From the NCBI GenBank assembly GCA_024233305.1, contig JACKPV010000028.1, forward strand, positions 93,036-157,035: DNA of 64,000 nucleotides, written 5' to 3'. Below, one piece after another: positions 19,136 to 26,826 of this stretch; the first letter of the stretch is position 1, and the number at the start of each line of letters is the position of its first letter. The DNA comes from Verrucomicrobiales bacterium. Its GTDB lineage: Bacteria > Verrucomicrobiota > Verrucomicrobiia > Limisphaerales > J093. A model generated the notes under the pieces. The model had not been told where the DNA came from. It did no database searches and worked only from the letters and a program-made list of their open reading frames with translations. A program made the position numbers and the translations under genes.

Positions 19136-20437
19136 TTGACCAACCTCCCCCATTCCAACGGGTCATCGGGCCGGACGCCGTGCGCGGCATCCGGCCCGAT
19201 CCTCTTTCGCGCGGTCCGGGCCGCGGCGATGGTGCTGCTCAGCCTGTCGGTCCGGATGTCCGCCGGCCCGCCCCTGACCGCCCCGGGAGAAGAGCCGCCG
19301 GACGATGCCACGTTTGACGCCCTGCTCCTGGAGCAGATTGAACAACTGGACCAGCTGGGTGAAATCCCCGACGCCGACCTCGCGGAGCTGCTCGCCGAAC
19401 CGACGCCCCGGATCCGGTCCTGGGATTACAGCGCCAGCGTCCGGCTTGCCGCCGGCCACAATGACAACGTGGTCCTGAGCGCCACCCACCCCGAACCCAG
19501 TGGCTTCTGGCTGACCGGTATCGATGCCTTCCTCTTCCGCATGCCCGTCGATGGCCGGGAGTTCAGCCTGATGTTCATGGGGGATGATGTGCGCTATTTC
19601 TCCTCCCCCAGCGCCGACAAGGACCAGCTCTTCCTGACCGTCGCGCAGATCGGACAACGGACAGAAAACGGATTTGAAAGCGGCTTCGAGCTGCAGCACG
19701 TCTACCAGGATCAGATCCTGGACGCCTCCGCCACCGAGTTCGAACTCTTCGCCGTCCGCGCCCAGGGCCACGGGCTCACTGGAGCGCCCCGCTTCGCCGC
19801 CAACCTGGCCCCCGGCCTGCGACTGCGACTCGACCTCCCCGCCACTCGCCAATGGTACCGAAGTCCGCTCGACAGCTTCTGGGAAGCCGGCCCCCGGATG
19901 GAACTGGAACGTTCGCTCGCCGACGGGTCCGGCAAACTCAGCGCCGGTTTCGCCGCGCTCTGGCGACCCTACGATTCCCGCCCGCAGACCTCGCTTGACG
20001 GTTTCCAGGCGCCCGGCACCAACCTCCGCTATCAGCGAAACCGGGTGCACGCGGGCTGGCAGCAGCGCTGGGATGCTGCCCGACGCTGGCAGACCTCATG
20101 CAAGCTGGCTTACGACCGCAACACCGACAACGGATCGGGCTATTTCGACTACGACCGCTATCACGCCGCCGTCCAGCTCGCCTTTCGCACCGATCAGTGG
20201 GAGGCCCGGCTGCGGGGCACGGCAAGCTACTACGCCTACGACAACCAGCCGGCCAGCCTGGAAGACCCCGCCATGCGCCGCAAGACCGGACTCGCCGTCG
20301 AAGTGCATCTGGCGCGCTCGCTGTCGCGGCGGGTGCGCCTCTACGCCGATTACGCGCGTGAAGAGTCGCTGGCCAACCAGCCGCTCGAGGAATACTCTGT
20401 CAACAAAGTCCTGGCCGGGATCGAGGTCGAATTCTGA
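19136..20437 (+). CDS. Putative outer-membrane beta-barrel protein
   Basis: The C-terminus ...VNKVLAGIEVEF ends in an aromatic residue as in OMP beta-signals. Alternating Tyr/Asp/Arg-rich strands are seen (ASYYAYDN, RLYADYARE). The start is uncertain: TTG at 19136 or ATG at 19229. Confidence 0.5.
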   Translation: MTNLPHSNGSSGRTPCAASGPILFRAVRAAAMVLLSLSVRMSAGPPLTAPGEEPPDDATFDALLLEQIEQLDQLGEIPDADLAELLAEPTPRIRSWDYSASVRLAAGHNDNVVLSATHPEPSGFWLTGIDAFLFRMPVDGREFSLMFMGDDVRYFSSPSADKDQLFLTVAQIGQRTENGFESGFELQHVYQDQILDASATEFELFAVRAQGHGLTGAPRFAANLAPGLRLRLDLPATRQWYRSPLDSFWEAGPRMELERSLADGSGKLSAGFAALWRPYDSRPQTSLDGFQAPGTNLRYQRNRVHAGWQQRWDAARRWQTSCKLAYDRNTDNGSGYFDYDRYHAAVQLAFRTDQWEARLRGTASYYAYDNQPASLEDPAMRRKTGLAVEVHLARSLSRRVRLYADYAREESLANQPLEEYSVNKVLAGIEVEF

Positions 20438-20458
20438 GCCGGCCGGACGGGCGGCATC

Positions 20459-21958
20459 ATGAATGCAGAATCCTCGCGCACACAGCGGACCCGCCGGTTC
20501 CTCCCGGGCCTGATCGTCGGACTGACCCTGGCCGTCTTCGCGGCCGGCGTGCTGGCGGTGACCCTGCACCTGCGCGAGAAGCTGCGGGTCCAGATCGCGG
20601 GGCGTGAAGCCGCCTTCCTCCACCGCCTCACGCTGCTCCAGGAAATGACCGAGCCCGACGAAACCGAAGAAGACGAGGGAGTGAACGAGGCGGAGATTCT
20701 CGCGCTGGACCCCGACCTGGCCGACGAGGAGGCGGACTCCAGCACCGGGTTCGTGGTTCTCGACAAGGCCCGACGTCTCATGGAAGTATTGGATGGCCTG
20801 CTCGGAATCCGTGTCTACGGACGGCACGACCAGATCATCGCCACCCTCCCCTTGAACCTGAAGGAGGCCCTGTTTGTCCAAACCGACTGGGCAGCCTTGG
20901 GCAGCGCGCCGCAAAGCCGCCTGGACCCCATCAAGGTCCAGTCGCTGTTCACCGATCCGTTCATGGCGGGATTCCCGGACGATGCCGAAGCGCCGGTGCT
21001 GCGTTTGTTGTTGCCCTTGCAGCGACGGGGAGCGCCCGAACGCATGGGGGCGGTCGAATTCCTGTTGGACGGCGCCGCCTTGCAGGCCGAGTTCCGCGCC
21101 CTCGATCGGTCCCTCTGGGGACAGGCCCTCGGGTCGTTCCTCGTCGGTGGTGGGTTGACCGCCGCCGTCCTCCTGCGGGCCCTCAGCCGGCTCCAAAGCG
21201 TCAACCGGCTGCTGGAACATCGGACGCAGGACCTCCTGCGGGCGAATGCCGAGCTGGCGCTCTCCGCCCGCACCTCGGCGGTTGGAGCCGTGACCGCGCA
21301 CCTGCTGCACGGACTGAAGAACCCTCTCGCCGGACTGCGGAGCCTGGTGGCGGACAAAGTGAGCGGCAGCCCCGCGGAGGACGCCGACCTCTGGCAGGAG
21401 GCCGCCCGGAGCGCGCAACGCATGCAGACGATGGTTCAGGAAGTCACTCGTCTGCTGGCCGAGGAACAGGGCGGTGCGGTCTATGCCCTGACCCTGGCCG
21501 AACTCATCGGGCTGATCGGCGAACGGCTCCGACCCGTCGCCCAACGCGCCGGGGTGGAACTCGAGCTCATCCGCAGCGCGCAGGGCGAACTGGACAACCA
21601 CCGCGCCGACCTGATCCTGCTCATCCTCGAAAACCTGGTTCGCAACGCGGTCGAAGCCACGCCGGCCGGCGGCCTCGTGCGGGTCGGGTGCTCCAACGGC
21701 GACGAGCAAATCCGTTTCCGCATCGAGGACACCGGCCCCGGGCTCGATCCCGGAATCGCCGAGCGGGTGTTTCGTCCGGTGCGTTCGACCAAACCCGGCG
21801 GCTCGGGCATCGGGCTGGCCATCAGCCGCCAGTTGGCCACCCACCTGGGCGCCCGCCTGGAACTGGCCGCCAACAGCGAGAAGGGCGCCGCCTTTACCCT
21901 GACGATTCCAATCCAAAAGCCCGCCTGCGCGGGGACCGCCGGCGGCGCGAGCGCCTGA
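20459..21958 (+). CDS. Sensor histidine kinase (two TM helices, periplasmic domain), no cognate regulator adjacent
   Basis: TM1 FLPGLIVGLTLAVFAAGVLAV, a loop of about 190 aa, then TM2. H-box AHLLHGLKNPLAGL. HATPase motifs NLVRNAVEA, DTGPGL, GGSGIGLAISRQL. Confidence 0.8.
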   Translation: MNAESSRTQRTRRFLPGLIVGLTLAVFAAGVLAVTLHLREKLRVQIAGREAAFLHRLTLLQEMTEPDETEEDEGVNEAEILALDPDLADEEADSSTGFVVLDKARRLMEVLDGLLGIRVYGRHDQIIATLPLNLKEALFVQTDWAALGSAPQSRLDPIKVQSLFTDPFMAGFPDDAEAPVLRLLLPLQRRGAPERMGAVEFLLDGAALQAEFRALDRSLWGQALGSFLVGGGLTAAVLLRALSRLQSVNRLLEHRTQDLLRANAELALSARTSAVGAVTAHLLHGLKNPLAGLRSLVADKVSGSPAEDADLWQEAARSAQRMQTMVQEVTRLLAEEQGGAVYALTLAELIGLIGERLRPVAQRAGVELELIRSAQGELDNHRADLILLILENLVRNAVEATPAGGLVRVGCSNGDEQIRFRIEDTGPGLDPGIAERVFRPVRSTKPGGSGIGLAISRQLATHLGARLELAANSEKGAAFTLTIPIQKPACAGTAGGASA

Positions 21959-21977
21959 CTGCCCCCCGGCGACCGCC

Positions 21978-23315
21978 CTACATCCCCGCGTGAGATTCCG
22001 CCGCAAGGCGTCCCCGTTCCTCCCGCACCGGCACGGTCGTCACCAGGGCCAGCAGGAACAGCACCGCACACAGGGGAATGGAAGGTTGCAGACCGATCCG
22101 GAATTGCAGCAGACCGAAGGTGAGCAGGCCGAAGATCGATGCCAGCTTGCCCGAGAGCCCCCAGAAACCGAAGAACTCGCCGGCTTTCGATTCCGGCGCC
22201 AGGATCCCCACCATGGCCCGGCTGGCGGATTGCGTGGATCCCATGCCCAGCCCCGCCATGGCGCCCAGCGCCAGGAAGACATGCTCGACCTTCCAATCCA
22301 CGCCCAGCCACCGGTGCAACGCCGCGGTGATGTCCTGCACCCCCCAGATCGCCACGATGCAGACAATCCACATCCCCAGGGTGAGTTGAAACGTGCGCTT
22401 GGCGCCGATCCGGTCCTGAATGAAACCGAACAGCACCGCGCCCGCCGCCGCCGTCACCTGGGTTAGAACGAACATCATCACCATCGACGATCCCGACCAC
22501 TGCAACACCTGTTCGCCGTAGAGAAACGCAAAACTGATGATGATGGACATGCCGGCCATCGCGAAGAACACGGCCACCAGAAAAACGGCCAGATCCCGGA
22601 ACGCCCCGAGTTCCCGCGCCGTGCGGCCCAGCCGCTGAAAGCCGATCTGCAGATACCGGGCGCCGGCGGGCAACGCGTGCGGGGTTCCCCGTTGTTTCAG
22701 CCAGAGGAACGTCGGCACCGCCGCCAGCAGGAAGAACACCGCAGTGACCGGCCCCGCCCACCGCGCCCGCGCAAAATCCGAAGCATCCGCCGCCCCCAAG
22801 CCCTGCACCACCAGCGTGGATGCCAGCCCGCCGAAGTAGCCCAAACCCCAGGCGAAACCGGAGATCTTGCCCAGGTCCTTGCGCGGCCCGAGATCCGGAA
22901 GGAAACTCGAGGCGAACGACTCTCCCACCGCGTATCCGAAGTTCGACAACACCACCAGGCCCATCGCCAGGAAATGGTGCCCCGGCCCCGCAAGCGCCAG
23001 GGCGGCCGTGCCTCCGACCGTGACCAGATAGCTCACAAACAGGAACCGCTTCTTGGCCGACGTGAAGTCCATGATCGCGCCCAGCACCGGGGCCGTCAGC
23101 ACCACCAACCCGTAGCTCACCGCCAGCGCCAGACTCCAAAGCAGATTGCCCCGCGTGTAGCCGCCCCCGGGATCGGGTCCGACGATCAACTTCGTAAAAT
23201 GCACACAGTAAACCACCGTGATGATCACCGTCGTGTAGGACGAGTTGGCGAAGTCGAACATCGCCCAGCCGAAGATCTCCTTGCGACTGGCCCGTGGTTT
23301 CTGGTTCTGGTCCAT
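21978..23315 (-). CDS. MFS transporter, UMF1/Atg22-like family
   Basis: The start is trimmed to the ATG at 23315 (MDQNQKPRASRKEIFGWAMFDFANSSYTTVI). About 12 hydrophobic helices. Confidence 0.8.
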   Translation of the reverse strand: MDQNQKPRASRKEIFGWAMFDFANSSYTTVIITVVYCVHFTKLIVGPDPGGGYTRGNLLWSLALAVSYGLVVLTAPVLGAIMDFTSAKKRFLFVSYLVTVGGTAALALAGPGHHFLAMGLVVLSNFGYAVGESFASSFLPDLGPRKDLGKISGFAWGLGYFGGLASTLVVQGLGAADASDFARARWAGPVTAVFFLLAAVPTFLWLKQRGTPHALPAGARYLQIGFQRLGRTARELGAFRDLAVFLVAVFFAMAGMSIIISFAFLYGEQVLQWSGSSMVMMFVLTQVTAAAGAVLFGFIQDRIGAKRTFQLTLGMWIVCIVAIWGVQDITAALHRWLGVDWKVEHVFLALGAMAGLGMGSTQSASRAMVGILAPESKAGEFFGFWGLSGKLASIFGLLTFGLLQFRIGLQPSIPLCAVLFLLALVTTVPVREERGRLAAESHAGM

Positions 23316-23515
23316 TTTGGTGCACGATCCGATCCGCCGCCGGCGGTTGACGCCCGATTCAATAAGCGACCTGGCCCGCCGGCACCAATCGATAATGCAC
23401 GGTCCCATGATCGGCGGAAACGATGACCGCCGGCCGGTTCCCCGGACCGGAAGGCCGGCCTTCTGCCGTCCCGTGACAAACGACGGCTTGCCAGCCGGGA
23501 GGGGTCCCGTCGAGC

Positions 23516-23908
23516 ATGGACGCGATGTTGAAACGTCGCCTGCCAATCCTGCTGCTGCTGGCCCTGTCGGGGGCGGGATGCGCCACCAACAAGATCACGA
23601 ACGTGACCCCGCGCCAGGTCCAGCGCACCCCGGACAACCTCTATCGGATCGAGGCCCGTTGGGACAGCAATCAGCGGTCGATCCGCAAGAACACCCTGCA
23701 ACCCCGGGTGATCGTGGACCGGGATTTCCACGCCATGGAGCCGACGCCCGGCACGCAAAACCGGTGGGAGGCGCTGGTGCCCGTTCCCTCCGACCGGCGG
23801 TTCGTGAACTACCGCTTCAAGTTCGACTACCTTTACAACGCCATCCCGACGCCCCGCCCCGACAGCAAGATCTCGCCGACCTATCAGATGGAAATCATCG
23901 AGCCCTGA
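23516..23908 (+). CDS. Small lipoprotein, unknown function
   Basis: Signal plus lipobox: MDAMLKRRLPILLLLALSGAGC. Confidence 0.55.
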   Translation: MDAMLKRRLPILLLLALSGAGCATNKITNVTPRQVQRTPDNLYRIEARWDSNQRSIRKNTLQPRVIVDRDFHAMEPTPGTQNRWEALVPVPSDRRFVNYRFKFDYLYNAIPTPRPDSKISPTYQMEIIEP

Positions 23909-24034
23909 GCCGTAACCGTTCAGCAGCTCGTAGCCGTGGACGCATCGTCGGCGCATGATTCAGGGGGGATAAGCCCGCCTGCCACCGGGCGCAACGAATC
24001 ACCGGAGCGCTGACGCCGTTTTGGGGAACCCGCC
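23904..24034 (-). repeat. REP-like dispersed intergenic repeat, copy A (inverted orientation)
   Basis: The reverse complement contains ...tatcccccctgaatcatgcgccgacgatgcgtccacggctacgagctgctgaacggttacggctcagg. In an ungapped hand alignment, 50 of 60 core positions are identical to copy C (36874..36933). It overlaps the stop codon of the lipoprotein gene. Confidence 0.7.
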
Positions 24035-24130
24035 GCCCGATGGCGCATCGGCGCTCGTGAACACGGGACGCGGGTTCGCCGTCCAACGAACATTGACCCC
24101 GGCCAACCGGCGGGGCAGTCTGCCGGCTTG

Positions 24131-25093
24131 ATGATAAGATATCCAACAGTTCGCAGAGAGCTTGGGGCGGCGTTGCTGATCGCAATGTTCTGGGCAACCG
24201 GCCCGGTTTTCCTCCCCGCCGCCGAGCCGTCGGGCACGCGCACCTTCGAGGTCAAGGGCGAGGTGCGGCGCCTGGTCCCCGAAGGAAACGTCCTCGTGAT
24301 CAAGCATGAGGAAATACCCGGCTACATGGACGCCATGACCATGCCGTTTCAGGTGAAGAACCCCGCGGAGATGGCGGGCATCGGGATCGGTGACAAACTG
24401 GTTTTCCGCATGACGGTCACCGAGGATGACGGTTGGATCGACCGGATCCGGGTGCTCGAAAGAGGCGGGGCTGAAGATCCCAAACCGGACATCCCGGGCA
24501 TCCGGCTGGTGCGGGACGTCGACCCGCTGAAGGTCGGGGACCGAATGCCCTCCTACCCCTTCACGAACGAGTTGCACCAAGCGGTGAGTCTCGACCGCTT
24601 CAAGGGGCAGGTGGTTGCCTTGACGTTCATCTACACCCGGTGCCCCTACCCCACCTTCTGCCCCCGGCAATGCCGGCAGTTCGCCGAAGCGTTGACCCTC
24701 CTCAAACAGAGATTGCCCGGCCCGGAGCGACGCTGGCATCTTCTGTCCCTCTCCTTCGATCCCGCGTATGACACGCCGTCGGTGCTGCAGGAATATGCCC
24801 GGCGCTACGACTACAACCCCGCCCATTGGAACTTCCTGACCGGCGCCATGATCGACATCGACGCGATTACGGAGCAATTCGGGGTGATCTTTGCGCGCGA
24901 CGGCGAAGGGTGGTCCCACAACGTGCGCACCGTGGTCATCGATGCGGCGGGCATGATCCGGAAGATCTACGTCGGCAACGAATGGACGGCGGAGGAATTG
25001 GTGGAGGCAATGGTCCAAGCGGCCGCTGGCGGCGCTGAGGCCGATAGGGGTAGGGATGGCGGGGTTAGCGCCCCCCCTGCCTCCGAACCGTAG
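24131..25093 (+). CDS. SCO1/SenC-family copper chaperone fused to an N-terminal CusF-like copper-binding domain
   Basis: The CusF-like segment is VIKHEEIPGYMDAMTMPFQV. The thioredoxin-fold SCO motif is FIYTRCPYPTFCP (CxxxC), and a later His lies in WSHNV. Confidence 0.8.
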   Translation: MIRYPTVRRELGAALLIAMFWATGPVFLPAAEPSGTRTFEVKGEVRRLVPEGNVLVIKHEEIPGYMDAMTMPFQVKNPAEMAGIGIGDKLVFRMTVTEDDGWIDRIRVLERGGAEDPKPDIPGIRLVRDVDPLKVGDRMPSYPFTNELHQAVSLDRFKGQVVALTFIYTRCPYPTFCPRQCRQFAEALTLLKQRLPGPERRWHLLSLSFDPAYDTPSVLQEYARRYDYNPAHWNFLTGAMIDIDAITEQFGVIFARDGEGWSHNVRTVVIDAAGMIRKIYVGNEWTAEELVEAMVQAAAGGAEADRGRDGGVSAPPASEP

Positions 25094-25278
25094 GGCGGGT
25101 TCCCGCATGCGACTCTCCGGTCCGTGGGGTCTCGGCAAGACTACCGGTAACCGCGCGAGCCATCTTCCACACGAAACAAGCCCTCCGCCGCAAACCAGCG
25201 GCTCGGCCAGCGTCGGCTGTCGGCTTCGCTCGGCCCGGGTCCGATAAAGATAAAGTGAATAAAGTGACAGGTTCATAG

Positions 25279-25307
25279 TTGACACGCTCTCGCGGGGCTT
25301 CTACGGT
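25279..25307 (+). promoter_or_regulatory. Possible sigma-70-type promoter of the transposase gene (TTGACA-N17-TACGGT)
   Basis: A perfect -35 hexamer sits in the only AT-rich patch of this spacer (gataaagataaagtgaataaagtgac...), 31 nt upstream of the ATG at 25338. The -10 is weak. Confidence 0.25.
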
Positions 25308-25337
25308 CTGGGTGGCGCAGGTGAACCAGAGGTAATC

Positions 25338-26309
25338 ATGCGAATGGCACGGATCAAGGTATCGGGTCGGGGGGCGGTGTATCACTGCATCTCCCGCGTG
25401 GTCGGCGGACAGCGGTTGCTCGGGGACCTCGAGAAGGAGAAGCTCCGCCTCATGCTCTGGCAGCAGGCCGCCTTCTGCGGACTCGAAATCATCACCTACT
25501 GCCTCCTGTCCAATCACTTCCACATCCTGGTCCGGGTGCCGTCCGAGGTCGTCGCCAGCGATGCCGAACTGGTCGATCGGACCCTGAAGTTCTACGGGCC
25601 CAAGAGCCTCTACGTGCAGAACCTGCAGCGGGTCCTGGGGCAGCAGGGGGAATTGCCCGAGGATCTGCGGGCCGGGGTGCGGCAACGGTTGGGGGATGTG
25701 TCGGTGTTCATGAAGGAACTCAAGCAACGGTTCAGCAAGTGGTACAACAAGCAACACGAACGGTTCGGCACGCTGTGGGCCGAACGGTTCAAGAGTGTGT
25801 TGGTGGAGGACGTGCCCGGGGTGGTGGAGACGGTGGCGGCGTATGTGGACTTGAATCCGGTGCGGGCGGGATTGGTGAAGGATCCGAAGGAGTATCGGTG
25901 GTGTGGGTATGCGGAGGCGGAGGCGGGGCGGGGTGAGGCGCGCTCGGGGTTGGCAAGTATCTCGGGAGCAAAGGAATGGAGTGAGGTAGCCGGGCGGTAT
26001 CGGGAGGTGCTGATGGTGAAGAGCGGGGTGGCGGGGAGATCGGGGAAGGAGGTGTTGAGTGCGGGGGAGATCCGGCGGGAGTTGCAGCGGGGGAGGGAGT
26101 TGGCGTTGGGGCAGGCGCTGAGGTTGCGGGTGAGGTATTTCAGCGACGGGGTGTTGTTGGGATCGAGGAACTTCGTGAACGAGATGTTCGCGGAGCACCG
26201 GGAGCGATTTGGGCCGCGGCGAAAGACGGGGGCGAGGAAGCTGCGGGGCTTGGCAGTGCTGGGAGGCCTGGCGAGCCTGCGGGACTTGCGGATCGGAGCG
26301 ATCACATAG
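25338..26309 (+). CDS. IS200/IS605-like HUH (Y1) transposase, RAYT-like
   Basis: YHCISRVVGGQ...LLSNHFHILVRVP provides the HUH motif. AAYVDLNPVRAGLVKDPKEYRWCGY provides the catalytic Tyr region typical of REP-associated tyrosine transposases. The second half has G-rich, C-poor codon usage unlike neighbouring genes. Confidence 0.75.
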   Translation: MRMARIKVSGRGAVYHCISRVVGGQRLLGDLEKEKLRLMLWQQAAFCGLEIITYCLLSNHFHILVRVPSEVVASDAELVDRTLKFYGPKSLYVQNLQRVLGQQGELPEDLRAGVRQRLGDVSVFMKELKQRFSKWYNKQHERFGTLWAERFKSVLVEDVPGVVETVAAYVDLNPVRAGLVKDPKEYRWCGYAEAEAGRGEARSGLASISGAKEWSEVAGRYREVLMVKSGVAGRSGKEVLSAGEIRRELQRGRELALGQALRLRVRYFSDGVLLGSRNFVNEMFAEHRERFGPRRKTGARKLRGLAVLGGLASLRDLRIGAIT

Positions 26310-26796
26310 AAGGAGACCGCTCAGGCGATGGTATCTCACATTCCGACTCCCGATCCGCTGACGCACTCGTCGCCGGTCGGTGCGCACCGTCGGTGACTGT
26401 CCGTCCGGAGCGAGCCCACATGCACCGCCTGCGGTCGTGCCGCCGTCCCCAAGAGCCGTCGCTGGACGGGGAGCGGGTGCCCGTTCACCAACCCGCCGAA
26501 TCCCTGCCGGCAGCGAAGGTGCGTCGTTCATCGGCAACCAGGGTTTGGCCCGATCCGCTCCGGCGAATTGGCGCAAGCACGGCTTGCGACCGGGCGAACT
26601 CGCGGTAGACTGCGCCGGCATAATGCGACCCGCACAGCACAGCCGGGCACGAGGCGGAGCGGCGTTGGCCGGGCAGGAGTCCCCCTTGCCACGAGCGCTC
26701 CGGACCAGCACCAGATCGTCGCAAATAATTGCCCTTCAAGGATGGGGAGTTCCGGCTTGCGCCCAGGGGAAGCCGCGAATTAGTATCTAAACTCGG

Positions 26797-26809
26797 CTTC
26801 ATTATGAAG
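26797..26809. promoter_or_regulatory. Perfect palindrome CTTCAT-T-ATGAAG upstream of the PFOR gene
   Basis: 6-bp arms in an AT-richer patch, 18 nt upstream of the ATG at 26827. No known operator consensus was recognised. Confidence 0.15.
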
Positions 26810-26826
26810 CACGCCGCAGACGCAGA

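Noticed and set aside
20096-23325. Minus-strand ORFs of 636 and 614 aa
   Set aside because: The first is antisense to the histidine kinase. The second is an alternative frame over the MFS transporter gene. Neither has motifs.
25065-26711. 548-aa minus-strand Pro-rich ORF
   Set aside because: It is the complement of the G-rich transposase gene. The poly-Pro/Thr/Ser sequence is a by-product of the strand skew.
26720-26770. tggggagttccggcttgc as a sigma-54 promoter for the PFOR gene
   Set aside because: The spacing between the TGG and TTGC elements is three bases too long for the -24/-12 consensus.
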